From positions 252,240 to 316,239 of the forward strand of contig OZ252051.1 of assembly GCA_965247985.1 (NCBI GenBank): a stretch of DNA of 64,000 bases, in the 5' to 3' direction. Below, in pieces: positions 37,831 to 50,588 of the stretch. This DNA is from an uncultured Candidatus Binatia bacterium (lineage in GTDB: Bacteria > Desulfobacterota > Binatia > Bin18). A program made the position numbers and the translations under genes. Every line of letters starts with the position of its first letter. Positions within the stretch are counted from its first letter, which is position 1. The notes below the pieces were generated by a model, which was not told where the DNA came from, searched no databases, and saw nothing but the letters and a program-made list of their open reading frames with translations.

Positions 37831-39114
37831 TTAGCCACGGATATTTTTAAGCACCGTCCTGGCGGCACGTATGGTTTCTTGGATTTCGTCCTCGCTGTGC
37901 GCCAAGGAAATAAAGGCGGATTCGAATTGAGAGGGTGGAAGGTATATGCCCTGCTCAATCATACCGCGAAAGTAACTGGCGAACATTTTTGTATCGCTCT
38001 GAGTTGCCGTGTCATAGTCGCGCACGTGGTCTACCCCAAAGAAAACAGTGAACATCGAACCCATTTGGTTCACACAGGCTTTTATGTCAGTCTCACGAAT
38101 GACATTGCGCAGTCCCTTGGCCAGCATATCTCCAAGCATATTCAGCCTCTCATAGGCTCCAGCGGCGTGAACGAGCTTTAACGTTTCAATCCCAGCGGTC
38201 ACAGCCAACGGATTGCCAGACAGCGTCCCAGCTTGGTAGACCCCCCCCAATGGGGCAAGCACGTCCATTATCGCCGCTTTTCCGCCAACCGCGGCCAATG
38301 GGAGGCCACCGCCCACAACTTTCCCTAAGCAGGTGAGATCCGGATCGATGTTGTAGACCTCTTGAGCTCCGCCACGTGCTACACGGCAGCCGGTCATCAC
38401 CTCGTCAAAGATGAGCACAACTCCCAACTCCCGGGTGAGTTCTCGTAGACCTTCAAGGAAGCCTTGCTCGGGCGGCACGAGGCCCATATTTCCAGGAACA
38501 GGCTCCAGTATGACAGCCGCCACCCCCTCTGAATCAGCCTCTAGATACGCCCGTACACTAGAGAGGTCATTGTACTCCGCCACAAGCGTCAGGCTGCTAA
38601 ATGCCTCGGGAACGCCTTGACTGTCTGGGGTGCTGAGCGTAAGCGCACCGGACCCAGCTCTCACAAGAAGCGCGTCAGTATGACCATGATAGCAGCCAGA
38701 GAATTTTATGATCTTTGCGCGACCAGTATAGCCGCGAGCGAGACGCAGGGCGGTCATGGTCGCTTCTGTACCCGAGGAGGTCAGGCGGACTTTCTCGATT
38801 GACGGAACGGTCTGAGTAAGCGTTCTTGCGAGCTCAATCTCTTTTGCAGTTGGGGCACCAAAACTTGTCCCTTGTTTCACAACCCGCTCAAGTGCACCAA
38901 CAACCTGCGGATGAGCATGTCCTGCTATTAAAGGTCCCCAGGAGCCTACATAGTCTATATACTCGCGCCCATCCGTATCAGTGACGCGACACCCTTTCCC
39001 CCTGTGGATAAAAAGAGGGTCACCACCAACGGCCCGCCACGCACGAACCGGGCTGTTCACTCCACCTGGGATATATTTTTGCGCTTCATTAAAGAGTTTT
39101 TGCGATGTTGACAT
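37831..39114 (-). CDS. hemL: glutamate-1-semialdehyde 2,1-aminomutase
   Basis: 427-aa class III aminotransferase with a canonical HemL N-terminus. Confidence 0.95.
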   Translation of the reverse strand: MSTSQKLFNEAQKYIPGGVNSPVRAWRAVGGDPLFIHRGKGCRVTDTDGREYIDYVGSWGPLIAGHAHPQVVGALERVVKQGTSFGAPTAKEIELARTLTQTVPSIEKVRLTSSGTEATMTALRLARGYTGRAKIIKFSGCYHGHTDALLVRAGSGALTLSTPDSQGVPEAFSSLTLVAEYNDLSSVRAYLEADSEGVAAVILEPVPGNMGLVPPEQGFLEGLRELTRELGVVLIFDEVMTGCRVARGGAQEVYNIDPDLTCLGKVVGGGLPLAAVGGKAAIMDVLAPLGGVYQAGTLSGNPLAVTAGIETLKLVHAAGAYERLNMLGDMLAKGLRNVIRETDIKACVNQMGSMFTVFFGVDHVRDYDTATQSDTKMFASYFRGMIEQGIYLPPSQFESAFISLAHSEDEIQETIRAARTVLKNIRG

Positions 39115-39299
39115 CTACGTCTACCCACGTCCCAGTTCAGCCACTCCGGACTTTATCAAGCCAGACTTTCATTGAGATTTCCCCTGCTACCACCCGCCCA
39201 CAAGAGAGTCAAGATAAAAGAGATTTTCCCATCAGAATATCGAATTTTCCCGGAAATATGAGACTTTACTCTTTCTCCCGGTGTCCTCTTATAGAAACT

Positions 39300-39740
39300 G
39301 ATAACAAAATGTGATGCCTTCACCCCTTTTTTTTACGACCGACGTGCTCAGAAATGATTAAAAAAACAAATAGATACGAACCCCCTCTTTCAAGGCTATT
39401 ATTTTTCATATTATCACTTCGTGTTATGCATTGGATTTTATCTAGCGATATCCGCTGCTTTGGAAAAATCCTGATTTTTTTCTTGCGTTCTTTAGAGAAA
39501 AAGTTTAAGACGCAGGGGTCCTATCCTCTCTGGTCTGATAGATTTTAAGCGGCATATTGATTCGAGTAGATATGGGTCTTCTTCTCGCCCTCCTGACCAT
39601 GCGGTCGGTGAACGGGGCTTCCCCGGGGCAGAAGGCTAGACAGAGGGACAAGTGCGTGTGGATAACTCTTTTACCGGATGGACATTTCATTAGTTTGCAG
39701 AGGAAGTTATCGAGTTATCCACACCTGTGGATAACTTCAT
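39300..39740. promoter_or_regulatory. AT-rich tract plus three DnaA boxes upstream of dnaA (dnaA promoter / upstream origin half)
   Basis: TGTGGATAA 39657-39665, TTATCCACA 39715-39723, TGTGGATAA 39726-39734. AT-rich tract 39325-39520. Confidence 0.75.
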
Positions 39741-39765
39741 ACGTTGAGCGGCGTAGGGGTGTGGT

Positions 39766-41097
39766 ATGTATCGGGTGTGGGAACGGGTGTTGGGGATTGT
39801 TGAGGGAAAAGTAGGAAAGACGAATAGTGAAACCTGGCTAAAACCGATTCGCCCCCTTGGACTACAAGATGACACGTTCCATCTTGAGGTGCCAAGCGCG
39901 CTCTTTAAGGATTGGTTACTCAGTAATCTCGTCGGCCCTTTAGAAAACGCATTGACTGAGGTTCTTGGTCAGCCAACGCACCTCATATTGCATGTACAGG
40001 AAAAACCACAAGGAGAACTCTTCCTGGAAGAAGAGAAAAAACAAACAGCCGAGGAAAAGGAAAAAGGGGGAGGAAAGAGAAACGGACTTATTCAGAACTA
40101 TACATTTTCCTCCTTTGTTGTGGGTGGCGGTAATCAGTTTGCTCATGCCGCGGCTACGGCAGTCAGTAAACACCCAGGGAAAAGCTACAATCCGTTGTTC
40201 ATTTATGGAGGAGTTGGGTTAGGAAAAACTCATCTCATTAATGCTATTGGTCATGAGACATCGATAAAGAAAGGAAAGGACAATATTGTCTATCTTTCTT
40301 CAGAGTCTTTTACCAATGAATTGATTGTTCATTTACGAAAGAACCGGATGACGGAATTTAAAAATAGATTTCGTCGTGCGGATGTTCTCATTCTTGATGA
40401 TGTGCAGTTCCTGTCCGGTCGTGAGCGGACACAGGAGGAATTTTTTCACACCTTTAATTCTCTGCACGAGTCGAGTAAGCAGATTGTATTAACGTCCGAT
40501 AAATTTCCAAATGAGATTGGCGGGCTAGAAGAGCGGTTACGAAACCGTTTTGAATGTGGATTGATTGCTGACATTCAGCCACCCGACCTCGAGACTCGGG
40601 TAGCAATTCTGCAAAAGAAATCACGCGCAAAACGTATCTCCCTCCCCGACGATGTTGCCCTTTTTATTGCCTCTCATGTTACTTCAAATGTCCGAGAGCT
40701 TGAGGGCGGCCTGACGCGATTAGGAGCGCTGGCAGCCTTAAATCAGGCTGATATTACTGTCAACTTTGCACGCCAGGCCCTCCAAAACTTAGTCACAGCC
40801 AAGGAAAAGGAAGTCTCGATTGAGACCGTACAGAAAACTGTGAGTAAGTATTTTGGTGTCAGCGTTGCTGATATTACCTCAAAGAAACGGACAAAGCTGG
40901 TTTTGTTTCCAAGACAGATTAGTATGTTTCTCTGCCGCAAGCTCGCCGGCGCCTCCTACCCAATGATTGGAATGCGATTTGGAGGAAAAGATCATACTAC
41001 GGCTCTGCATGCCTGTACTACCATTGAAAAGCGGTTCAAAAAGGATGAAGAGCTTCGTGATATTATCAATAGAATAGAAATCATGATCTATGATTAG
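39766..41097 (+). CDS. dnaA: chromosomal replication initiator DnaA
   Basis: 443 aa with AAA+ Walker A GGVGLGKTHL and a C-terminal DnaA-box-binding domain. Confidence 0.97.
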   Translation: MYRVWERVLGIVEGKVGKTNSETWLKPIRPLGLQDDTFHLEVPSALFKDWLLSNLVGPLENALTEVLGQPTHLILHVQEKPQGELFLEEEKKQTAEEKEKGGGKRNGLIQNYTFSSFVVGGGNQFAHAAATAVSKHPGKSYNPLFIYGGVGLGKTHLINAIGHETSIKKGKDNIVYLSSESFTNELIVHLRKNRMTEFKNRFRRADVLILDDVQFLSGRERTQEEFFHTFNSLHESSKQIVLTSDKFPNEIGGLEERLRNRFECGLIADIQPPDLETRVAILQKKSRAKRISLPDDVALFIASHVTSNVRELEGGLTRLGALAALNQADITVNFARQALQNLVTAKEKEVSIETVQKTVSKYFGVSVADITSKKRTKLVLFPRQISMFLCRKLAGASYPMIGMRFGGKDHTTALHACTTIEKRFKKDEELRDIINRIEIMIYD

Positions 41098-41497
41098 ACT
41101 GTCTTTCCTGTGGATAACCTGTGGATAACCTGTGGATAACCTGTGGATAACCTGTGGATAACCTGTGGATAACCTGTGGATAACCTGTGGATAACCTGTG
41201 GATAACCTGTGGATAACCTGTGGATAACCTGTGGATAACCTGTGGATAACCTGTGGTCTGGGAAAAGTTATCCACAGGTATCCACAGGTATGGCGAAGTT
41301 ATCCACACCCCCTGTGGATAACTTTTCCCAGAATAAACAAATACTTAACCCACTTATCCACATATCCACAGGCCCTACTACTACTATTAGTACTTCTATA
41401 TATTAATAAGTAGTAGAATAAGTAGTAGTAGTAAGAAAAATGAGAATAAAAATCAGAGAAAAGACTATGGTTAATAAAAGGAAGGAAAGGGGGGTAT
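41098..41497. other. putative oriC in the dnaA-dnaN intergenic region
   Basis: 13-box array, plus boxes at 41268-41276, 41299-41307, 41313-41321 and 41354-41362, then an AT-rich DUE-like tract 41378-41490. Confidence 0.8.
41109..41249. repeat. 13 perfect head-to-tail DnaA boxes (TGTGGATAA) at an exact 11-bp period
   Basis: Unit cctgtggataa x13 followed by a degenerate copy tgtggtctg. Confidence 0.95.
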
Positions 41498-42646
41498 ATG
41501 GAATTCAGCGTCAGTAAGGAAGACCTCCTTCAGTGCCTATATCTAGTCCAGGGTGTTGTTGAAAAACGCTCCTCCCTCCCTATGCTCTCCCATGTTCTAA
41601 TTGAATCTAACTCCACGGAAGAGAAAGATGGAGGCATCTCTCTTGGAGCAACAGATCTTGAAATTGGAATCCGCCAACAATGTCAGGCAGAAGTAAAAGC
41701 GTCTGGATCAATGACAGCAGATGCAAGAAAGCTGTACGAGATCATTCGTGAGCTGCCGTCCGGTCAAGTCTATTTACGCTCAAGTGGAAACGGATGGGTG
41801 GAGGTCAAGAGCGGCAAGTCTCGGTTCCGGATCGCAAGTCTTGATCCCAAGGAGTTTCCCACAATAACAGCACAGAAAGAATCGAGCGAGGAACCTCCTG
41901 CTTCATCATTCCTATCTTTACCTGGACCAACCATGCGGGAGATGATTGAAAAAACCCTCTTTGCAACCTCACCGGACGAGACACGACTGAACCTCAGCGG
42001 TGTCTATCTTGAGACCTCGGCCGAGGGAAAGGTTCGCATGGTCGCCAGTGACGGTCACCGCCTCTCTCTTATAGAAAAAAAAATGGACGCCTCTCCTTTA
42101 CCCGATTGGCCGAGCGTTATCCTTCCGAAAAAGGGTCTGGTGGAAACACGGAAACTTCTTGAACGAAGCGAAGGAACAATAGAGGTCTCCCTCAGCGACT
42201 CGGTGATGAACCTCAAGAAAGAAACAACGGAACTTTTTATGCGTCTGATAGAAGGGGATTTTCCTGACTACCAGCAGGTCGTTCCAAAAGATCATACGCA
42301 CTGCGTTAAGTTTCTCCGAGATGAGCTCCTCTTTGCGCTCCGTCGGATTTTGATTCTGACAACAGAACGATCTCGGGGGGTGAAATTACAGTTCGGGAAG
42401 GACAAGATCGAGGTTTCAGTCAATACTCCAGACGTGGGGGAAGGGACAGAGGAGATTGCGGCTTCATACGCCGGAGATGGATTATCAATCGGGTTTAACG
42501 GGAGATATTTGACAGAGGCATTGAATGTCATAGATGAAGGAGATTCCGTCGTCCTTCTTCTCAAAGATGAGATGAGTCCTGGGCTCCTACAGACGGAAGA
42601 AAACAGTGAATTTTTATATGTCATAATGCCTATGAAAATAAACTAA
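41498..42646 (+). CDS. dnaN: DNA polymerase III beta sliding clamp
   Basis: 382 aa with three-domain clamp architecture. Confidence 0.95.
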   Translation: MEFSVSKEDLLQCLYLVQGVVEKRSSLPMLSHVLIESNSTEEKDGGISLGATDLEIGIRQQCQAEVKASGSMTADARKLYEIIRELPSGQVYLRSSGNGWVEVKSGKSRFRIASLDPKEFPTITAQKESSEEPPASSFLSLPGPTMREMIEKTLFATSPDETRLNLSGVYLETSAEGKVRMVASDGHRLSLIEKKMDASPLPDWPSVILPKKGLVETRKLLERSEGTIEVSLSDSVMNLKKETTELFMRLIEGDFPDYQQVVPKDHTHCVKFLRDELLFALRRILILTTERSRGVKLQFGKDKIEVSVNTPDVGEGTEEIAASYAGDGLSIGFNGRYLTEALNVIDEGDSVVLLLKDEMSPGLLQTEENSEFLYVIMPMKIN

Positions 42647-42708
42647 TAGAAAATCGTTTTAATAAAACCTATGGTTTACGTAAGATAGAGGAAATGTTAG
42701 AGTTTTAG

Positions 42709-45165
<2,457 letters not shown>

Positions 45166-45247
45166 TTCCACAATAACAGGCCAGTAGTGCTTATCTTATT
45201 TTAGGCATTCACGCTCCCCGTTGTAATCAAAAAGGAATCTCCTTTGT

Positions 45248-47764
45248 ATGGAAGACCATTCCGATTCCCACCCCCTTCCCTCCGTCAATATTGAACAAGA
45301 AATGCGTCAGTCCTACATGGACTACGCCATGAGTGTGATTATTGGTCGAGCATTGCCCGATGTCCGTGATGGACTGAAGCCTGTACACCGACGCGTCCTG
45401 TATGCCATGCACGACCTTGGAAATGAGTGGAACCGTTCGTATAAAAAGTCGGCCCGCGTCGTTGGGGATGTCATTGGGAAATACCACCCACACGGAGATT
45501 CGGCCGTCTATGACACCCTTGTCCGCATGGCGCAGGATTTCTCTCTTCGCTATCCGTTGATTGATGGTCAGGGGAATTTCGGTTCGGTCGATGGCGACCC
45601 TCCGGCGGCCATGCGCTATACCGAAGTCCGCATGACCCGAATCACTTCGGAATTGCTAGCCGATATTGACCGAGAAACCGTCAACTTTATACCGAACTAC
45701 GACGATACCAGCCATGAGCCTGCCGTTCTTCCCGGAAAATTCCCGAATTTATTGGTGAACGGCTCATCTGGAATTGCCGTGGGGATGTCAACCAATATTC
45801 CCCCTCACAATCTTGGCGAAGTGATTGACGCTCTCCTTGCGCTGATTGAGAACACGACGCTCGAAAATCGTGATCTCATGCAATACATCCCTGGTCCGGA
45901 TTTTCCCACTGGAGCGTTCATCCATGGACGATCAGGAGTACGGGACGCCTATGAAACCGGGCGAGGCATCGTTCAGATGCGGGCCCGGACATCTATCGAG
46001 GAAGACGAGAAGACCGGAAAAAGCCGGATTGTCGCCCACGAGATTCCTTATCAGGTGAATAAAGCCCGCCTGATTGAGCGTATCGCTGACTTGGTGAATG
46101 AGAAACGTATTACGGGAATCTCTGACCTGCGTGACGAGTCCGACAGAGAAGGGATGCGCATTGTTATCGAGCTGAAAAGAGATGTGGTCCCGAATATCAT
46201 TCTCAATCAACTGTATAAAATGACGCCCCTCCAGGATTCATTTGGAGTTATTCTTCTCGCCATTGTCGATGGCCGTCCTCTTCTCCTGACTCTTAGAGAC
46301 GCACTGCTTCACTTTCTTGAACACCGTCGAGAAGTGGTCAGACGCCGGATTGCCTTCGATCTGAAGAAGGCCGAGGAACGGCTCCACCTTCTTGAAGGGC
46401 TCAAAATCGCGCTGGACAGCCTCGATCCAGTGCTTCAGACCATCCGCCAAGGGCAGAACCCGGCCAGCGTACGACAGGCCCTTATGAGCCAATTTTCGCT
46501 GAGTGAGACGCAAGCTCAGGCCATTCTCGACATGCGCTTACAGCGCCTCACGCAGCTCGAACAAGGGAAGATCATTTCAGAGCATAGCGAAACGGTGAAA
46601 TTAATTGCTTCGTTACAAGGTATTCTGGCTAGCCCGGAAAAGATCGACGGAGTGATAAAAGAAGAACTGAAAGACCTTCATACCCGATTTTCTGATGGAC
46701 GGCGAACAGAAATCCTACCTGACAGCGCAGATCTCTCGGACGAAGATTTGATTGCTGAAGAAGATGTCGTTGTGACCATATCACACGCCGGCTACATCAA
46801 GAGAAACCCAGTGACTGAATACCGCTCGCAGCGTCGGGGAGGAAAAGGAGTTGTTGGAGCAACAACCCGAGAAGAAGATTTTGTTGAGCACATGTTCATC
46901 TCCTCTACGCACGCCTTTCTGTTATTTTTTTCCTCAATTGGTAAAGTGTATTGGGTAAAAGTCCATGAAATCCCTCAAGGCAGCCGAATTGCAAAGGGAA
47001 AAGCAATAGTCAACCTGTTGCCCCTGCAAGAAGGAGAGAAAATTTCGGCCTTTCTCCCTATCCGAGAGTTCCAAGACAACGGCTTCATTGTCTTTGCCAC
47101 CCGCAAAGGACAAGTCAAGAAAACGGCACTGATGTCGTATGCAAATCCGCGTCGTGGCGGAATCATTGCTCTCACTCTTGGGACCGACGATGAGGTGATC
47201 GGTGTCCAACTAACGGACGGTAAACAAGAGATCCTCCTTTCGACAAAAAACGGCAAAGCGATTCGATTTGCAGAAAAGGAAGTACGAGCAACTGGACGCG
47301 GCACCTCCGGCGTTCGAGGTATTAACCTGGAAGATGAGGATGCCGTGGTTTCCCTTGAAATCCTCAATCAGGAGGCCACCCTCCTCACTGTGTCGTCCCA
47401 GGGATATGGTAAGCGGAGCAGCATAGATGAATACCGGGTGCAGTCGCGCGGGGGGAAAGGGGTCAGTACGATGCGCACCACGGACAAGACCGGAGAGGTC
47501 TGTGGTGTTCGGCAGGTGAAGGAAGACGATGACTTGATGCTCGTGACGGACAGTGGCAAGATCATACGGCTTCGGATCGCTGAGTTACGGGTGATTGGCA
47601 GAAATACCCAAGGGGTGAAACTCTTTAACGTCGGTGCGGATGGATACGTCTCCAGTCTCGCACTGGTAGCAGAAGAGGAGGTAGAAGAGGAAGACGAGGC
47701 AAGGAAAGTCGAAAATACAGAAACGGTTCTCAATTCACACAGTATGGAGGAGCAACAGCTATGA
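45248..47764 (+). CDS. gyrA: DNA gyrase subunit A
   Basis: 838 aa with active-site Tyr region AAMRYTE and C-terminal beta-pinwheel repeats. Confidence 0.97.
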   Translation: MEDHSDSHPLPSVNIEQEMRQSYMDYAMSVIIGRALPDVRDGLKPVHRRVLYAMHDLGNEWNRSYKKSARVVGDVIGKYHPHGDSAVYDTLVRMAQDFSLRYPLIDGQGNFGSVDGDPPAAMRYTEVRMTRITSELLADIDRETVNFIPNYDDTSHEPAVLPGKFPNLLVNGSSGIAVGMSTNIPPHNLGEVIDALLALIENTTLENRDLMQYIPGPDFPTGAFIHGRSGVRDAYETGRGIVQMRARTSIEEDEKTGKSRIVAHEIPYQVNKARLIERIADLVNEKRITGISDLRDESDREGMRIVIELKRDVVPNIILNQLYKMTPLQDSFGVILLAIVDGRPLLLTLRDALLHFLEHRREVVRRRIAFDLKKAEERLHLLEGLKIALDSLDPVLQTIRQGQNPASVRQALMSQFSLSETQAQAILDMRLQRLTQLEQGKIISEHSETVKLIASLQGILASPEKIDGVIKEELKDLHTRFSDGRRTEILPDSADLSDEDLIAEEDVVVTISHAGYIKRNPVTEYRSQRRGGKGVVGATTREEDFVEHMFISSTHAFLLFFSSIGKVYWVKVHEIPQGSRIAKGKAIVNLLPLQEGEKISAFLPIREFQDNGFIVFATRKGQVKKTALMSYANPRRGGIIALTLGTDDEVIGVQLTDGKQEILLSTKNGKAIRFAEKEVRATGRGTSGVRGINLEDEDAVVSLEILNQEATLLTVSSQGYGKRSSIDEYRVQSRGGKGVSTMRTTDKTGEVCGVRQVKEDDDLMLVTDSGKIIRLRIAELRVIGRNTQGVKLFNVGADGYVSSLALVAEEEVEEEDEARKVENTETVLNSHSMEEQQL

Positions 47765-48231
47765 GTATTCAGGTCGGCCAAACGGCCCCGGATTTTACCC
47801 TCAAGACAAACAAGATGCAGGACTTTGCACTCGGCGAGGCAAAGGGGAAGAAGAATACCGTCATCCTTTTTGTTCCTTTTGCCTTTACCAGTGGTTGAAC
47901 GAAGGAATTGTGCTCGGTTCGAGACAATATCAACACCTTGCAGAATGACGATACTCAGGTTGTGGCCATTAGCGTGGATAGCCCGTTCTCGCTCGACGCG
48001 TGGGCGGCGAAGGAAGGCTATGATTTTCCACTGCTGAGTGACTTTAGTAAAGAAGTTTCTCAAGCGTACGGGTCGTTCTATGAAGACCTGATCGGTTTCA
48101 AAGGCGTCTCCAAACGTTCGGCCTTTGTCGTGGATAAGAGCGGGACGGTTCAGTACGCCTGGATTACAGAAGATGCCAGTCAACTTCCTGAACTTGATCC
48201 CATACGGGACTGTCTACAGCAGTGCGGCTAA
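47761..48231 (+). CDS. AhpE/BCP-type peroxiredoxin with in-frame TGA (candidate selenocysteine) at the peroxidatic-Cys position
   Basis: ATG overlaps the gyrA stop (ATGA). The translation reads ...[11 protein letters not shown][TGA 47896-47898][10 protein letters not shown]..., aligning with AhpE FFPLAFTGICQGELDQLRD. The track gives only a 107-aa fragment from TTG 47908. Confidence 0.65.
47906..47928 (+). promoter_or_regulatory. candidate bacterial SECIS hairpin
   Basis: aauugu(g)cucg GUU cgagacaau, beginning 8 nt after the UGA. 9-bp stem with one bulged G and a G/U-containing apical loop. Confidence 0.45.
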
Positions 48232-48251
48232 GGGTAGAGCGTTCCGGGAAC

Positions 48252-48286
48252 GGTAAGGGTGGGGCTCACTCCGCCCTTACTTTTTT
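48252..48286 (+). terminator. rho-independent terminator after the peroxiredoxin gene
   Basis: Stem gtaagggtgg / ccgcccttac with loop ggctcact, then TTTTTT. Confidence 0.6.
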
Positions 48287-48519
48287 CCCTCTTTTCCCTG
48301 TGCCACGAGGAGGAGTATCGTGAGGGCCCATATACCAAAAAGCAGCCCGCCAATGACCCAGGGGTAGGGTGGACGCGCGCTCTTTCTGGCAATGAGACCG
48401 CAGGCAATTCCGTCAAGAAAGTGAACAAAGAGCGCAGTCCCAACAAGCGTCGAGAAGTCCATTGTCCCGGCGAGGAAACGTAAGCCGGTGAAATACCCGA
48501 GAAGGATTCCGAAATCCAT
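48277..48519 (-). CDS. small hypothetical membrane protein
   Basis: 80 aa with two hydrophobic segments. No known domain. Confidence 0.35.
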   Translation of the reverse strand: MDFGILLGYFTGLRFLAGTMDFSTLVGTALFVHFLDGIACGLIARKSARPPYPWVIGGLLFGIWALTILLLVAQGKEGKK

Positions 48520-48530
48520 ACTATCTCTCC

Positions 48531-48583
48531 CAGAAGTATCGAGAATATCAAATCGAATCGGAATGTTATTCTCGATACTTCTG
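48531..48583. repeat. palindromic repeat family 2, copy 2
   Basis: 17-bp perfect arms cagaagtatcgagaata / tattctcgatacttctg around loop tcaaatcgaatcggaatgt. Confidence 0.85.
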
Positions 48584-48639
48584 CATTCCTGACAACGTTG
48601 TTATATCTGATTTTCCTGAGCGGAAAACCTTCCTAGGGT

Positions 48640-48984
48640 ATGGACGAAGAGAAAACTGTTTTCGAGAAGCTGTACGAGGCAAATAGAGAGAACTTTACCA
48701 ACCTTGTAAGGGACCTCTTTGCACAGGTTTCTACGCACGAGGTTATGGAGGAAACGTTGCTGAACGCGACACAAGCGAAAGAAGAATTCGCCCAAAATAT
48801 GGAAGCTTTCCTCTCCCTGCTAAGTATACCCTCCAAAACAGACTACGAGCATTTGGTTGAAAAGATTGAAGAAGTCCAAGGCAATCTTCTCAATATCAAT
48901 ATGAAACTTGATCGTTTACTCGCTAAGAAAGACAAGACGCGCCGGCGCTCTACCGATAAAAGAAAGACCAAAAAAACCGAATAA
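48640..48984 (+). CDS. hypothetical coiled-coil protein, possibly phasin-like
   Basis: 114 aa, alpha-helical, with a Lys/Arg-rich C-terminus. No confident domain. Confidence 0.4.
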   Translation: MDEEKTVFEKLYEANRENFTNLVRDLFAQVSTHEVMEETLLNATQAKEEFAQNMEAFLSLLSIPSKTDYEHLVEKIEEVQGNLLNINMKLDRLLAKKDKTRRRSTDKRKTKKTE

Positions 48985-49022
48985 TCCTCCCTCCTTAAAG
49001 GCTCGATGGTGACTATTCAGTA

Positions 49023-49715
49023 ATGGCTTCGCCCATTCCCACTTGGCCCGAATCGGACCGGCCGCGCGAAAAGCTCATCGAGCATGGTTCGGCAACCCTC
49101 TCCGACGCAGAACTCCTCGCTATCATCCTCCGCACTGGTGATGCAAGCTCGGGCCAGAGCGCGCTCGACCACGGGCGGGCGCTTATCTCCCGTTTTGGCG
49201 ACTCTTTTCGAAAACTCGAAGAAGTCAGCGTAGCCGAACTGTGTGAGGTCAAAGGGATAGGGCCTGCAAAGGCTGCACAGATAAAAGCCTCCTTGGAGAT
49301 TGCCAAGCGTTTCTCACAAGAAGAAATTCGGCGTGGCGCGTCTTTCCGTTCCAGTGCTGATGTCTTCAATCACTATCGTGAACAACTCGGCAGCCTCAAA
49401 AAAGAAGAGTTTCACGTGCTTCTACTGGACGCTAAGAACAGAAAACTCAAAGACGTGCGTATCTCGGAGGGGTCTTTGACCTCCTCCTTGGTGCATCCAC
49501 GTGAGGTCTTTCAGCCCATCATCCGCGAGTCAGCCGCGGCGGCTATCCTGGTGCATAATCACCCCAGTGGCGACCCTATGCCGAGCCAGGAAGACCTCCA
49601 GATCACGCAAAGACTCAGAGAGGTTGGTCAAGTCATGGGTGTTCATATTCTGGACCACCTCATTATCGGCAAAGGCCGCTATATTAGCTTTGTTGACGAT
49701 GGATACTGGGATTAG
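49023..49715 (+). CDS. radC: RadC-family JAB-domain protein
   Basis: N-terminal HhH region plus JAMM motif HNHPSGDPMPSQED. Confidence 0.85.
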   Translation: MASPIPTWPESDRPREKLIEHGSATLSDAELLAIILRTGDASSGQSALDHGRALISRFGDSFRKLEEVSVAELCEVKGIGPAKAAQIKASLEIAKRFSQEEIRRGASFRSSADVFNHYREQLGSLKKEEFHVLLLDAKNRKLKDVRISEGSLTSSLVHPREVFQPIIRESAAAAILVHNHPSGDPMPSQEDLQITQRLREVGQVMGVHILDHLIIGKGRYISFVDDGYWD

Positions 49716-49730
49716 AGAGAAGTCAGAACC

Positions 49731-50567
49731 ATGGGCCTCAATCGAGACCTGATAGACAAAGAATACGACCCGCAGGAGTATGTGGTAAGCCCGGCAGCCA
49801 CAACGGCCTACGCACGCGCGTACAACGAAGATAACGCTTGGTTTCTTGATGTAGACAAACCCGCCGGCATCATTGCTCCCCCGCTGTTTGGCGCGGTCGC
49901 AAGCTGGCTGTCCCTTATGATGGTTGTGACCGACGCTGAACTGAATGTCGATGTCTTACGTTTGGTTCACAGCCAGCAAGATATGCATTTTTTCTGTCCG
50001 ATTGTTCCTGGAGACACTATCAATAGCACCGCAAAAATTGTGGCGATTGAAGAGCAGCGTGGAGGTGAGTCTCTCGCCATTGATCTCCACTGTCGCAATC
50101 ACACAGGAGAGACCGTCCAGCAGATAACGTTTACCGCTTTTATTCGAGGACAAGGACGCCGCCAACATCCAGCGGCATTGACTGACAGGCTTCCCGGTCG
50201 CGCACCACTTCATCGTATCTCCCAGACAATCGACGCTGACCAAACATTTCGCTATGCGGAAGCATCAGGCGACCGCAATCCCATTCATCTGGATGAAAAT
50301 ATTGCCAAGCTGGCAGGACTGCCAGGCATTGTTGTCCACGGTATGTGCACTCTGGCGTTTGTCTCAAAAGCGATTATTGACAGCATATGTGAAAAGGACC
50401 CGCGCCGACTCAGGCGGCTGAGCGCCGGGTTTGCACGGCCGGTACTTCCCGGTCAGACGATTACGACAAATATATGGTCGGATGAGAATTCCGGGAGGTA
50501 TCGGTATGAGACCGCCAATCCCGCTGGCCGGGCAGTGATACAACCCGGCTACGCTGAGATTGCATAG
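49731..50567 (+). CDS. MaoC-family dehydratase with two hotdog domains
   Basis: 278 aa with N- and C-terminal MaoC-like halves. Confidence 0.7.
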   Translation: MGLNRDLIDKEYDPQEYVVSPAATTAYARAYNEDNAWFLDVDKPAGIIAPPLFGAVASWLSLMMVVTDAELNVDVLRLVHSQQDMHFFCPIVPGDTINSTAKIVAIEEQRGGESLAIDLHCRNHTGETVQQITFTAFIRGQGRRQHPAALTDRLPGRAPLHRISQTIDADQTFRYAEASGDRNPIHLDENIAKLAGLPGIVVHGMCTLAFVSKAIIDSICEKDPRRLRRLSAGFARPVLPGQTITTNIWSDENSGRYRYETANPAGRAVIQPGYAEIA

Positions 50568-50588
50568 ATTTTGTACAAGCCCAGACTT

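Noticed and set aside
41101-41260. CRISPR array
   Set aside because: The 11-bp units are contiguous with no spacers, and the unit is the DnaA box consensus located between dnaA and dnaN.
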